Notes: generated from the sequence alone by a model not told the origin. A stretch of 63,673 bases of DNA, filler included, from Reticulomyxa filosa (GCA_000512085.1; 16 parts of 16 records of this genome joined end to end with filler, not necessarily neighbours in it), one strand, 5' to 3'. Positions 35,055-49,376 are shown, numbered from the whole stretch's first letter. Numbers and translations are program-made.

Positions 35055-36540
35055 ATGTCATATCGGGAAATGAGCGAAGAGAACAACGAAGCGAACGAGC
35101 CAATGAACCACCCACGTAGCAGTGGTGGACGAAGTGTGGACCCAAGTGCAAATGGCGAGCACGCATGTCGGTTGATAGCATGTTGCAACATGACAGGAGT
35201 GGCGAACCTGATCGTAGGACTGCCATTATTTCTGGTGTTATTGCCAAACAAAGACAAACAAGACCCTCTCAACATATTGTGTTTGACTGTCTTTCCCTTG
35301 TTTTGTTTGCTTCGAATGGTGCTTACCATTCCGATGTTTGTGACTGCCATTTGGAAAACCCCTTTTTATCGATCTCACAACGGAAACAACTACGAACGTA
35401 TCGGAGATTCGAACTTGCGAAGACGCAACTTGCCGTTTCAAAAACGAAGTTTTCTTTTTTCTCACAAAAAAAATTGTATACAAATTTTCGTCATTTATTA
35501 AACATTTTTTCCTATTTTTCTGTTTTGTTAGATTCACGTGAATTCCCAATGCTTGCTGGTTCGCGTGGTGTTACTACTGGTAATTTTTTTTTTTTTTTTT
35601 TTAAAGTTTTTTAAATTGTCAATTTAATTTTTTTTTATTTTTTTTTTTTTTTTGGTCATATACGTGTTGTAATCATAGCCGATATTCCTAATGAGTTATT
35701 GTGGTCAATGTATGAAGATGAACAAACACAATTGGCAATTGAAGCGTCACAACGTGAGTCGTATCGCAATTTACGTGTGCAACAAGATGAAGAGTATGCT
35801 GAGGCGTTACGACAGCAGGCCGAGTTAGATAAAAAGACGCAATTTGCAAAGGATTCCAATCATACCAATACCAATGCAGCTGCTGGTATCACTACTAACA
35901 ATTATAATTGGACAGAGACAAAACAATCAAATTTCAAAGAAGTCAGTGAAATGACCACGCCACTCTACAAAACTTCGACCAATGCTCGCCCGGATGCAAT
36001 CGCCAGAGAAAATAATACTTCACAAGTCGACGTTGTTGTTGACGAATTCAAAGATGTTCAACTGGATGAATTGCCTGTCGAACCTTCCAGTTTCTTTGTT
36101 TATTTGGATACATTCATCAACTATATTTTATTATATTCACATATACATATATTAATATAGTAATAATATATAGTTATATATTATTAGTTTAGCCTAAAAT
36201 TATCACATTTCTTTTCCTACACTTCTCTCAAAAAAAAAAAAAAAAAAATTAAGATGGAAAAACAACCGTTAGGGCAAGAATTCGTCTGCCAAATGGAGCA
36301 CGTTGCACTCGATTGTTTCTTCATAACAACAGATTAAGTGATATCAGATGCTGGATCAATCATGAATTGATGAATAATAATTTAGCTCATGTCATCAATC
36401 ACTTTCGGTTGATATCCACTCACCCTCGTACTGTCTACGACCAAAATGGAAAAACTTTGGAAGAGTTGGGATTTTGGAGACCTAATGCAACACGTCAGCT
36501 GGAAACTCCTATGCTTTATGTTGAAGAGTGCATGGAATAA
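35055..36540 (+). CDS. UBX-domain protein with N-terminal hydrophobic segments and a UIM-like motif, multi-exon
   Basis: The last exon RARIRLPNGARCTRLFLHNNRLSDIRCWI...FRLISTHPRTVYDQNGKTLEELGF...MLYVEE is UBX-like. EDEQTQLAIEASQRE is UIM-like. LRVQQDEEYAEALRQQ resembles the coiled coil seen before UBX in FAF-type proteins. Confidence 0.8.
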
Positions 36541-39500
36541 AATTGCGTAACTTTAGATTAAAAATCACAAAAAAAAAGATATCCACTATATTGGACCTAC
36601 ACTGATATAACGGTGAAACCTGGATCTTTTTTCTTATTTGTTATTTTTTTTATGTTTTTCTTTTTCGGCACAGTAATTCGTCCATGCAGTTACTGGTCGG
36701 AGGTGAAAGTACTGAAATTGTAATTAGTTTTCAGCAATAAGTGGCAAAGTTTGGATTTTTCTTTTACAAGTGTTAAATAATCTCAGTTTGCACAATCGAG
36801 GAATATTCACATCTTGGAAAACCTAGTATTTAAAAAATGTAACTAGGTAACTTTTGAATGCACACCAGAAATTAGATTATAAAATATTTTTCTCCGGCTA
36901 GCCACAACAAAATTAATTAAATTTTGTTGATTTACTTTAAAATAAAATCTTTATTTGAACACTGCTCAAAAAACGATCCCCTAGAACCTTAATAACATTT
37001 GCAATTTAATCATGAAAACTTGGTATTTTTAAATAATAGCTACAAGAATTTAAAACTCTTAAAATTTCTTCACAATTTTCTAAGAAGAAAAAAGAGATTC
37101 TAGTTGTCGAAATTAACATTACATCGTATTTGGTCATCTTTGTAAAATTATCTTCTCCAATATTAGAAGAGGTGTAAAATTAATAGTAAGATTAATTTTG
37201 TAATATGGTAAAAGGGGAAAGAAAATTTATTCTTATTTTTTTAAAGTGGTTTTTTTAAGAACTTTCTCATGTTCTTCAGCATTTTTATTTTCTTCAATAT
37301 TCTGATCAGAAAATAAAATATACTTTCTTCATACGGGTAGAAGATTTTCCAAAAACAAAAGATTTAAGATATTCCAAAGGAGTTTGTAAAGAGTTGATCA
37401 ATACATCATAAATATTGTGATATTATATTAAGCGATGTGCATCTATTTTGCAAACGATATGTACATATACTCACTACAATGAATTTGAATACAAGAATTA
37501 AACACCAATAAAAGAGATTCTAATAGTTTTATGTCAACAGTATAATTACAATCTCTTTCTACATTCAATTGTTTTGTTGATTGTTCTTGATTTCATTATC
37601 TCGTTTTTCTTTTCTTTTTTCAAGTGCATTTTCCATTTTAACGCATCGATTATGATGTACGGACATGGCCAACAAGTTATCATTCAATATACAGCATACT
37701 TGTTCCAAAGGTTAATCATTTTATGTTATAATACAACAGTTAAAATAAAAAACTTTGTCTTTCGATTGAAAAGGTTTAAAGAAAAAAAAGACTCAAACTT
37801 TGCAACGAAGCCTTTGATGAGTTTCGACCATTGTTTCAAGAAGATATCACGTGATCAATCAGGCCTCAAGTTTGTTGTTTGTTGTCGAAAGACAAACATG
37901 ATACTTACGAAAAAAAAAAATGGAACTAGGCTACCCTTTGTAACACATTGTTTTGGTTGATAATTTTTATTTAATGAAACAAATCAATAATAAAATCAAT
38001 AGCCTACATGATCACATAAAAAAAAATTTTAGATTTTTTTTTCAGGCTAAAGTTGGAACGGCGTATCAAATTGCTTGACTTTGCACACATAATATCAAGT
38101 GAACTGTTTCGTATAACGACAGTCTAGTAAAATGTAGCCAAATATTGATAACAATTTCTTTGAGTTCTTTTTGTCTTCGCATTATTGAATGCCAGCAAGC
38201 AATCTCTAGATAAAAAAGTGTTGGATCGCACTTCGGCTCAATACTGCCAAGTCTTTATATTGCAAAATAAAGTATCATGATAACAGCGTTTGGTTTTATT
38301 TCATTTCATATCAAAAATTTTTTAAAACAAATTTACAATAATACATGTTGTCTATGTAATATCTTAAGTAAATCCACCAATGTCCATTAAACTACTGCTG
38401 ATTCTTTAACTGCAGCATCATTCTCATTGTTTAGGCTTTGCACAAGTCACTTTGCCAAATATAAAATAATAATAAAATTTTTAAATTTCTTACCTTTTTC
38501 CACATTCTTTTTTTCATTTAAATCTTTTTCTTACAATCTTTTTTTCCAATTTCACTATTTTTTCCATTCACCACTTTTTTATTCATTATCCTTTTTCAAT
38601 ACCCCCTTTCAACAACGTCATTTTTAAAAATAAACAATTTTGATTTTCTTGGACAATATACAAACAAAATTATTTATATTTTCAAAAAACAGAAAAAAGA
38701 ATAACGTAAATGTAAGTGGAATTCGATATCAAATTTAAAATTTTCTTTTTTTGGACAAACAATCAAAATGTTTTTGTTTTTTTTATATGATTATGACAAA
38801 AAATGATAAATTTTTCAATATGATATTGTGAATTCATATTAACATACAAACAACCACATTATTTTTAAAAAAAAAACAAATAAATATAACAAACATTTAG
38901 CCATCATTTCGGATACAGTGTTGGACTTCAACATCATTTCTTTTTTTATGTGGATCATAGAAAAAAGTATGTAACGCTATTCTTTGGCGTGGCATTACTA
39001 TACAAAACACATACAACATGTGAATATTTTTTAAAAATAATATAAACAAAACAACTATGTTCGCTGCTTTTGGGGACATTGGAGGATTATCACCTTAATC
39101 TTTTTGTCATTGTCTTGGTCGTCATCGTTGACTATTTTTTTTTCACATATACATCACGTATACAATCAAAGTGTTTTACCGATCTTTTTAAAAGGAAAAT
39201 TCAAAAAAAAAGATTATACATATACATATATGTATGTTAGTCAAATTGTTATATATTAAGTATTAGTATTAAATGTGATTGCCTGACAGTTGCTTGTTGC
39301 TGCATGCGCTGTTGTCATTGTGTTGGCAATATCACCTTCACCTGCTGGCCATTTTTGAAGCAATTGAGTTCAACACTGCCAATACTTCAATTTCCACTCT
39401 AACATCTGCCACCTGACGTTTAATCATATGATACACTAGTTTGCATAAATATAATATTATATTCACACTATGCGTTAGCCAATGTGTTGTAATGACCTTT

Positions 39501-40688
39501 GAACCAGTCCAGTTAATACTCAATACAATCATTGTCTGTTATATTTTTTTTATGTGTGTAATTTAAATATTATTGTTATTTCAACTTTTTTCCCTAACTC
39601 TGTATCACCTTTCTTTTTTTTTTAATTGAAAGAAAGATATAACGAAAGTAACTGAAATGTATACATAAAATATCAAACGACACCATGCAAATCACGTTTG
39701 CACAAATTTGACGGCAGTATTTATTAGCCGTTTGTTTGATGTAGTCAGCTCGATTTTTTGGAAGAATGTTGGAGTTGTTGGTTGTACGATAGTACTAGTT
39801 ATGCTAGACTAGCAACAGCCAACTTTGAGTAAATGATTTTTGCGTCATTTCAAATCAAAAATTGAAATGGCGTGATCCACATGCAACGCCAGACATAAAT
39901 GACTACAACCTTTCAAAAATCGTCTCCCGAAAAAAGCTTTGTGTTGGTGTTGTTTGAACTTAAATAACAGATATTATAAACAGAATTACAAGAAAGAAAT
40001 AGCGCAGATAGCGAGTATCAATTATCGATGCAAATGCGACGCTGACTTGCCACTGCCGACCAAAAAGAGATTATGTGATGCGACTTTCCGTTGTAAATAC
40101 TCTTTGTTTTTTGCTAAATTTGTTTTTTTTTAGAAAGCATTGAAGATTGGCATTTTTTTTGCATTGTTCATAAAAAATGAACATATTTACAATGTCTTTG
40201 TTTATTTCTTTCAAAAAATTTATTAAACATAAAACATAATTTTGTTCATCCTTCAAATATTTAAAAATATTACCATTCACGAACAAATTGCGAGGAAATA
40301 GGTAGTTTTAGATGGAATTAGTAGATTATCCGAAGCTAAGAATAAATAAAACTAATTGAAAAAATTGTTGTGGTGTGTCAGTTAATCAAACGTGACAGAA
40401 AGAGGGGGGAAAATTTTAAATTATCAAAAAACAAAGAAACATAACAAACAGATACGAAGGCATGTAGAGCGCTATTTATGGCAAGATGTGATACACACAT
40501 GTTTTTAAAAGATTGAGGATGGCAACAAAGAAATCAACCAAATAAGAAATAGTTATTCTAATTTTCTCATTCTTCAAGAGTTGTAAAAAAACAAAAATAA
40601 AAAAGTTGTGCAAAACATTTATATTTATTGCAGAGTTTTTTAATAAGATATTATCCTGCAAATCTTCGGATATTTATTTGAGTTTATT

Positions 40689-41966
40689 TTAACAGTTTGC
40701 ATAAAACATGGCATACTTTTCTTTTTTGGTTCCCAATGAATGATATAAATTTCTAAGTTCGGCATAACCTTTAACAAATTGGACTTCCGTGACTTCTTTC
40801 TCTGCAAACTTTTTCTTTAGTTCATCACACTGAGTGTCTATTTTGTTCATGGCGTTATCAAATTCTTCCAATATTCGTTGTGGCGAATAATTCTAGTATA
40901 CACGTATATGTATACATATATAGTATTACATCAATACACGCAACAAATGTGTCCATCCCCATACACAAACAACGTTATCAAATGACAATAATCGCAAATC
41001 CAAGTAATGCAAAAAAAAAAAAAAAAAAAAGAGCTGACAAAAAGGATAGCCTGAGCACACACTTTTGTACCTGCATTAATTTGTGTTGTTGTTCCTTCAA
41101 AGCAACAAATTTTTGTGAGAGCTCGTCCACTTCTTCTCTCAGCTTTTTTGTGTCAGTTATTATTACATCAACTTCTTGTTTCTTTTCAATATTTTTTCCG
41201 TGTTTCACAAAAAGTCAATTCAAATCCATCCAAACGCTTTGTTATATATATATATATATACATACATACGTATGTATATATGTATATGAATGTCAAGTAA
41301 CAAAGCGAACTAGCAGTGGTAAGAAGTGCTTCTTCCGAAGCGTTTCTCATTTCCCGAATGCCAGCAGCTGTTTGGAACGCAAACTCTTGCATTGCGAGTT
41401 CGTCTTTCAATAGTTCTTTCATTTGAGTTTCGCTGACAAGTATTTTTTAACGACAATTGATATACGTTAACAATTAGTTTGTTTTAATTTTTTTTTTTTT
41501 TTTTACAAAAGGGGTTTTTTTTAAAAAAAAAGGGGGGAGGAGGGAAGGAAGAAGATGAAACAAATTGCCGAACCTGAGGTCTTTGACCAATGGTATTTCC
41601 CAAATATCTTTGGGTAGATTGATGGTGATGGATTCAAGATCGGTCGAGGCATCTTTTTCAGGTCGCAAAGAGGGCAGCAATGGCTGCGTGGCTACCTCTT
41701 TGTGGACGACGTTCACGCTGGGCGGTGGTATGTTGTACTGTGCGTTCATATAAGGATATTGTCCAAAGCCGTTGTATTGTATCGCTTTCGGCCGAGGTGG
41801 ATTGCTCTTAAAGTGTCCTGCGATAGTATTGATTATATTTGCAAGGTCTGAGTTGTGAGACCAATAACCGAACTTAAGATTTCCACTATCATCTGCCAAA
41901 GAATGCGTTAAATTCAAATCTATTCGCAAGTGAGGAGCAGCAGAAGGGAATGTCTCTGGCAACGTT
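40689..41966 (-). CDS. VPS37: VPS37A-like ESCRT-I subunit (UEV-like N-terminus, Mod(r) C-terminus); 5' end lost
   Basis: LPETFPSAAPHL...WSHNSDLANIINTIAGHFKSNPP is UEV-like. CDELKKKFAEKEVTEVQFVKGYAELRNLYH matches the VPS37 C-terminal pattern. Confidence 0.75.
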
Positions 41967-41967
41967 C

Positions 41968-42007
<40 letters not shown>

Positions 42008-42107
42008 NNNNNNNNNNNNNNNNNNNNNNNNNNNNNNNNNNNNNNNNNNNNTTAATTAATTAANNNNNNNNNNNNNNNNNNNNNNNNNNNNNNNNNNNNN
42101 NNNNNNN

Positions 42108-42496
42108 TATCTGGATCAAATGATAAGACAATTCGTTTATGGGATATTCGAATGAAAAAGGAAACTAAAATCTTTAAAGGACACATAAAAGATGTGACTG
42201 CTGTTGAATATTTACCATTTGTAAAAAATAGTATTAATACAGTAAATAAAATTCGAGTTGATAGTGACAATACAATATGTTCTGTTTCATTGGATAAAAC
42301 AATTCGCTTTTGGGATATTCAAATGAATAAAGAATTATATATTATTCAAAGACATGCACCAATATTATGTTTTCAAATTTTACTATTTAACAATAAAGAA
42401 AGAAATGAAACAAACAATAGCAATGAAGTTAATATATGTTATGGTTTATGTACAGGTGAAATTAATATTTTGTCATTGTCATCATCATTACAATGA
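42108..42496 (+). CDS. C-terminal fragment of a WD40 protein
   Basis: SGSNDKTIRLWDIRMKKETKIFKGH...ICSVSLDKTIRFWD, in the same style as the WD40 gene at 26470-28240. Confidence 0.8.
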
Positions 42497-42782
42497 TGAC
42501 ACTAACAACTAGAAAGTTTACAACCATTTTTTGAAACAATTTTTTGTGATTTGCAAATTTTAATTATTGTAAATTGGTTATTCAAAAGGGATAGCAATCA
42601 TATTGAAGAGGATATATTTTCAACATACAAACTTTCAAATCTTTTCTTTTTTTGTTGATTCTATATTCCTTAATAACATGAAAAAAAAATCGTCTCAAGA
42701 CTGTCAGTTTGTTTTCTTCAAAAAAAAAAAAAAAAGTGAAATCAAAAAAAGATATATCTTTCAAGAGAAAACTCTTGTAAGA

Positions 42783-43321
42783 ATGAACGAACTTCATCGA
42801 ATCGAATCAACAGTAAATCAAGCATTCAATCAATTTCCAGATATAGAAGAATCAATCAAAAGATTTTTGCAGGAAGCAGTGATTCAGTTGTACCAGTTGG
42901 CGTTGACAACTGGAGAAAATGATAAAAACCTGACAGCAGCGCAGAAGCAGTTGAAAGTTTCGTTCGAAAGAGATATTGAATGGATGAGAAAAAAGAGCAA
43001 AAGGAGAGGGGAGGTGGAAAAAAAAAAGGACTGGTCCATAGTATTTAAAAAGCATATACGCCCCTATAGACAAACTTCCAAACAAACAAAAAACAACTTA
43101 GAAATCAACAGATCCTTTTGATCGGTGTTTACAAGAAGAGCATCAATTGCGTTTATTGCGCGAATGGCTATCGAACATAATAACTCCTTCAATGTTACCA
43201 TTGTTTGTAATAGTATTAATAAAATTGATGGAATCAATGGCCAACAATAATCCACTCGATAACATAAAAAACAACAACACACAGCCCAATTGGAATACTA
43301 CGGGTCATAATGAGTCGAGAA
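42783..43321 (+). CDS. Hypothetical protein, partial, probably two exons
   Basis: Helical protein-like segments MNELHRIESTVNQAFNQFP... and RLLREWLSNIITPSMLPLFVIVLIKLME. No family recognised. Confidence 0.45.
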
Positions 43322-43723
43322 TGGTGTGCTTTTTCTTTCCTCCTCTCCCTTTTTTTTTTTTTTTTTTTTTTCTTTCCCGANNNNNNNNNNNNNNNNNNNN
43401 NNNNNNNNNNNNNNNNNNNNNNNNTTAATTAATTAANNNNNNNNNNNNNNNNNNNNNNNNNNNNNNNNNNNNNNNNNNNNTTTTTTTTTTTCTTTTTTCA
43501 AACAACAACTTATGACAACAAAAAAATTTCCCTATATCAATTCTCAATGTTGAATCAACTACTATGTTTTGGTCAAAAAAAGAGACATGTCCATAAAAGT
43601 AATGAAAGAAAGATATTACAATAACTGAAAATTTCGTTTTTTGTTGTATGGTCAATGGTGCAAGAAAAAAGGGCAAAAAGAGACGTGGACCGTTTTGTTA
43701 CAAAAAAAAAAAAAAATTAGTTA

Positions 43724-44874
43724 ATGTTTGCGTCTTCTGCAATTGAGCTTCATCATTTCCCACCAAAAGAACGAAATGAAGAGATCAAAGATATGCTTTC
43801 AGGCATGTTGGCCGGATTTGTAATGAAAGTGATGGAATATCCCCTTGACACGGCGAAAGTGTTTTACCAGACGCCAAGATTTGGGGAAAGCCAATCACCA
43901 TCATTTTCTGTGATCCGGCATATGAGGTGTTGTTAATTTAAAAAAAAAAAAAAAATTTGTTTTTTTATGTACTATTTTTTCATAGACTGTTTTACAAACG
44001 GATAATAACAACAACAAAACAACAATGAAAAAAAAAAAAAAAAAAAAAAAGGAATATGGTGAATGAAAAAGGGTTTCTTCGATTATACCACGGACTACCA
44101 GCACCATTATTTGGAAGTTGTATAGAGAATTTGATACTGTTTTGGTTGTATGGGATGTCCGAAAGAAGACTCGAGCATTGGAACGAAGAGCATTACGGAA
44201 AGCAGCAGAAAGAGTTGTCAATGGTGCAAGTCGGTTTGTGCGGTGGCTTTAGTGGCATTGGCGTTGGTCTATGGCTGACACCGATTGAATATGTGAAATG
44301 TCAAATGCAGATCCAAAACGACATGAACGTGAAAGCTGCAGTCGGGAGTCATCCCCCTTCGGGACCCACGCAAATGTATGGCAACACGTGGCATTGCTTT
44401 CGACACATTGTGCAGACCCATCCTCGGCGATTGTTTAACGGACTAACTCCGACGTTGTTCCGTGAAGTTCCCGGCACTTGTATCTTTTTCATTACTTTCG
44501 AATATTCTTTGCAGTACCTTAATAATCTTGCAAAAAAGAATATTCCCAATTCTTCTTCTTCTTCTTCTTCTTCCACACGTCAAGAACTGTTCCACACTCT
44601 CATCAGTGGGGGCTTGGCTGGTGTTGTTTTTTGGTTGACCATTTATCCTTTTGATACTGTTAAAACACAACAACAATTACACTTGGACCTGAGTCATCGG
44701 TCCATGTTTTCTTTATTAAAACATCGTTGGCAAACTAATGGATTGGCCAAAGGTTTATATCCTGGCTTTGCGCTCACCATTCCGAGAGCGATACTCAGTA
44801 ACTCTACTCTCTTGTGGGTTCACAAATATTCCAAAATTTTGCTCACCGATTTGGAAATCAAATACGATCTCTGA
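43724..44874 (+). CDS. Mitochondrial carrier (SLC25), ornithine/carnitine-carrier-like; intron at about 43928-44052
   Basis: Three PX[DE]XX[KR] signatures (YPLDTAK, TPIEYVK, YPFDTVK), plus GFLRLYHGL and FREVPG. Confidence 0.93.
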
Positions 44875-45120
44875 TTACTTGCCAAACTTTTACGCAAAAA
44901 AATACATTTTATTTATATAGATGGTACCAATTTAATCAGGATTAAGCAAATTAAAACTGATTTTAAATTTGCAAATTGCAAAAAAAAAAAAAAAAAAAAA
45001 ATTTTTTTTTTTTTTTTTTTNNNNNNNNNNNNNNNNNNNNNNNNNNNNNNNNNNNNNNNNNNNNTTAATTAATTAANNNNNNNNNNNNNNNNNNNNNNNN
45101 NNNNNNNNNNNNNNNNNNNN

Positions 45121-45253
45121 GACTATTTGAAGGAGTTGACAGGCCAACGAACTGTTCCACGAGTATTCATTGGCAAGTCTTCCATCGGAGGATGTGATGA
45201 TACCTATAAACTTAGTGATAATAACAAATTGACGGGACTGATTGACCAGTTGA
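45121..45253 (+). CDS. Glutaredoxin, C-terminal part
   Basis: Translates to DYLKELTGQRTVPRVFIGKSSIGGCDDTYKL, containing the TVP and GGxDD glutaredoxin motifs. Confidence 0.88.
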
Positions 45254-46439
45254 GATTTTTTGTTTTTTGGAAAGATAATATATGAATGCCAAGTTTTTTT
45301 ATTGGCATTTTTTAAAAAAATAGAGCAAAGAAAGACTTCACTGCGAAAAGCAAGACAGATGAAAACAAAAAAAATACATTGACTAGATCAAAATTGTGAG
45401 ATTTGATATCTTTTGTTTGGATTTTTTGGTCCGACAATTTTTTTGGTAATTATAATATAGATTTTAAAATTTTGATTCTCACTGATCTTCAACTGCCTCT
45501 TGCTTTTTTGTAGCTTAAAATTAAAATACCAAGCTGATGAGGCAATTTACTAGCAACAGTATTCGGTTGAGCAATTGTTCAATTTTGTTTATGATTTTTC
45601 CCTTTAGCTTAAAAAAGAGATAGACGACTATTCCACATTATTTTAAATTTGTGCAAGCATTCACAAAAAACAAAGCTTCTAAAAAAAGAAAATTGAGTAC
45701 TGCTTTTGATTTTGAGAGCATTTTCTAAAAACTTTTTATTTTTATCATTTAAAATCTTTCTGTTTCAGAGTGCAATGTAAAGAGGGGCCAAACAAAAAAG
45801 AAAAAATTGAGTGGAGGGCTCGGTTGTTTTAGCGGCAACATGAAACCATCGTTAGTAGAACTTATATTGGTGACGTTGCACGTATTAAGCGCGTTTCACG
45901 TGGTGTCAAGCGTAAGTGACTTGGCCAAAGACGACCCAAACGAAAACGGCCAAAAATATTTGAACAATCAAGATAGTATGGGTATATCGATAACATCATG
46001 GAATACGTTGGCCAAACATTCTATAAGTCAAATGTGGATATCAAAAACGTGGAAATGTGTGCAATGTCCAAGTGGTCATAACAACGTAACAATGGTGTCG
46101 TTGGTGCAAATTTTCAACAATGGTCCGCTGCAATTAGAAAATGAAAGTATACGTCTTCTCAAAAGAAGCAATCAAATGCAGTCCAAGAAAAATATATATG
46201 TCGTGACGATTGCAATGAACACTTTTCCATACATTTCGGAAATATCATCGTTATCATACGTATCAATATCCAAAACATTATCACACAGGTACATAATAGT
46301 GATATAAAGACCTAATAAAAAAAAATGTCACAAAAAAAANNNNNNNNNNNNNNNNNNNNNNNNNNNNNNNNNNNNNNNNNNNNTTAATTAATTAANNNNN
46401 NNNNNNNNNNNNNNNNNNNNNNNNNNNNNNNNNNNNNNN

Positions 46440-47108
46440 CTTGTGCGAAAAGTTAGTTAGCAAAAAAAAAAAAAAAAAATAACGTAACGGCACAGCAACT
46501 GAAGGATGGAAACAATTATATGCTGGTACATGATTATCGACCAACATTTTTAGTTTTTGCTGAAAACATTCTGTCTCTTTTTGGTACAACACAAGCTTAT
46601 TCGAGTAGAGGTGTTGTATATCATCTGCCAAGGATTGCTTTATTGCTCGGCATTTCAGCTCGAATTCTTGCATATACTTCTCTCTTTTTTGGTCCAATTC
46701 GTTCGGGATTCGCACTGCGACCAATCCATTATCTCCACTATTGCTGTTGATGATGTTACTGCTACTGCTACTGCTGTTGCTACTGGTTACATAGTCCCCT
46801 GATACGCTCTTCATCGTCGTGGCCATGTTCCCACCGCCAGCTGCATTCACGTTCACGTTCATATTCATATTCGCACTTCTGGTTCCATTTACAGCTGCAC
46901 TTACATTCCCGTTCGTGCTCGGGCAAAAGGGAACCGACGTCACACAGAAATGAATCGGGTTCGGACTTGCAGGTATGCAGGCACCGCCATTGAAAGGAAC
47001 TAACAGAGGACAAAATGCGCTCGAATTGGGTAAAACAGAGTGAGTGTATGCCTGTCCATTATTCTGAAAAACTGGATTAGCCAAGTGAAGAGGTGCTAAA
47101 GAATTCAT
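46440..47108 (-). CDS. Hypothetical low-complexity / coiled-coil protein, partial
   Basis: Long ORF with N/S-rich segments and a helical segment (REKYMQEFELKCRAIKQSLADDIQHLY). No family recognised. Confidence 0.5.
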
Positions 47109-47523
47109 TCATCAGCCTTTGTGAAGAATCACTGCCAGTCACAAATGCGGGGAAAAATTCAATCAACAGTCAACTAAATCAACGTCACAAACACAAGCTT
47201 CAAACTGTTTCTACTTGTTTGCCGACATCTGTTTAATCATCATTTATTTTCCCTCTCTGAGCAATTGCAGCTTTTTCAATATTTTCAAATGACAATAAAC
47301 AAAAAATATATTTTGATAAGTCAAATCTACGTTTAATTGTGCTGGAGTATCTTTTGTTTGAGGAGCAGTCGTCTGTATTTTTTCCACCTTTGTTTTTTAA
47401 TGTACAACCGGTATGAAATTTGAGTAGTTACAGTCGAAAAACGTCTCTAAACTCGAATAAGCTGAAAAAAAGGAGCCCGATGGATTTCAAACTTGTCTTT
47501 GTTATAATCTATATAACGGAAGT

Positions 47524-47978
47524 ATGAATTTAGGAGATGTATTCGTGACATTATTATCAGTGATATTGTCTCTTCTAGTTGGCTATTTGTATGCTTATTT
47601 TAACATCAAAGTAGGTGGAAGTGAAATTCCTCCTCTCGTGAGAAGAAAAGATCAGGTGGCAGTGGTATCAGCGACAAAACCGCTAGAGGAAGTACAAAAG
47701 CCAATACAATCGACGTCCACACAGCCTCGGATAAGTGAAGTGAAAAAGAGCGTAGAGCAAAGCAGTTCGAATGAGCAAGGGAAAAAAGAAGCTCAGGACC
47801 ACAAGATAGCAGACAGTCCACAAGCGAAGCCGACCTTTGAAGTGCCAACGGATCCGTTCTGTCCATTCCCGCAAGTGGCCCCGATTATCAATACAAACAC
47901 ATCAGCGTTGATGGGTCATGATAAAGTTGGTGTTTATTTTATTTTATTTTATTGTTTCCTTTTCGTCTTTCACTTGTG

Positions 47979-48015
<37 letters not shown>

Positions 48016-48094
48016 GAAACATTGGGACAATCGATTAGAGAACATTGAAGAAGGTATCGCGAAATATCCAGACCGCGCAAGCGCGCATATCCGG
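47524..48094 (+). CDS. Hypothetical protein with an N-terminal membrane anchor, partial
   Basis: Hydrophobic VFVTLLSVILSLLVGYLYAYF. The next exon, WDNRLENIEEGIAKYPDRASAHIR, may start a TPR. Confidence 0.55.
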
Positions 48095-48347
48095 NNNNNN
48101 NNNNNNNNNNNNNNNNNNNNNNNNNNNNNNNNNNNNNNTTAATTAATTAANNNNNNNNNNNNNNNNNNNNNNNNNNNNNNNNNNNNNNNNNNNNTTTATT
48201 TATTATTAATTATTGTTATTATTGTTATTATTCATTCATTCACTCATTCGTTCACTTATGTATTTATTTATTTATTCATTAATGAATTATTCGAAGCTGA
48301 CAATCCCACATCCCAACACAGCACGGAGAAAACAAACAGCCCACTAA

Positions 48348-49376
48348 CTAAGTGGTAATAAAGCAAGGCAACAACGGACATACATGATGAAATAGTGAGT
48401 CTTTGTCTGTAATCTGCAAAGTGAAATAAATGCGTTTTTTCAATTGGATGGAAGACAATCGAACCAACCTATTTTTCCATTCGTCTGCCGTCGTTTCGAT
48501 TTGCTGCTCTTCGCTTTGTTTCGCGTTTTCGTCGGCACCGTTCGCGCTCGAGTCCGCTTTCGGGTTCATTTGCGTGATATCCCTTTCATGGTCACCCAGG
48601 CCCGTTTCTTCGAATAACTCGCGCAATGCCGCATACTTGCCTGCCAACGACAAGCTGTATTTCCGTATTTCCTCTTTGTCGATGTGGCCTCCTGGCAGTT
48701 GGTAATGTGGTCCTTTGCCGGCCTTGCTCTCGCATTTCAATAGCAAGTAGCCGTACTGCTCATGGGTCACGATCACAAACGCTCGAAAGTCGCTACGTTC
48801 GTCGTTTGAATGCGCTTCTGTATTTGCTACACATATGTCGTTGTGTGTGTGTGTTTGTGTGTTTGTGTGTTTTTTTTTTTCACACCCCCTTTTTTTTTTT
48901 TTTATGTTCGCTCGTTGTCACACATATACATATGTATATATTATATATAAATATATGTATTATGTAATATAATCGTGTGTGTGCGTGTGCACAAACAAAC
49001 CTGTATCTGCATGCCACGCGAATTTAATGTTTGCATCCGAATTTATTTTATAGTTGCTCGCGGATGTCGCGCTATAATCTGTGCGCTGTTGGGGATCATT
49101 TTGGATCAGTGGGACGCTTTGCTCAAGTCTTGTTTTACTCTCTTCTTCTTCTCCTTCTTCATTCTTTGCTTCGTGCGTTTGTGTTGTGCTCGAGTTTTCG
49201 TCACGCGTTACTATCCACGCATTTTCCTCTGCGTCTCCGTGCTGAGACGTGTCCAACACTATACGACGATGCATAATGCGTTTCGAATTTTTTACAGTAT
49301 TTCTTTCAAGTACTATATTTTTTAATAAACACAAATCAACGCCACAGCAATCTACAATGCTTTCACTTGTGCCCAT
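48348..49376 (-). CDS. NUDIX hydrolase with an N-terminal extension, multi-exon
   Basis: Nudix box YQLPGGHIDKEE...AALRELFEETGL. The upstream exon begins MGTSESIVDCCG. Confidence 0.82.

Noticed and set aside
39338-39532. BRCT-like motif KVITTHWLTHSV
   Set aside because: Too short, surrounded by stops, and the rest of the domain was not recognised.
45807-46307. 166-codon plus-strand ORF
   Set aside because: No recognisable motifs, and the opposite strand looks like a broken coding remnant. Neither can be supported.
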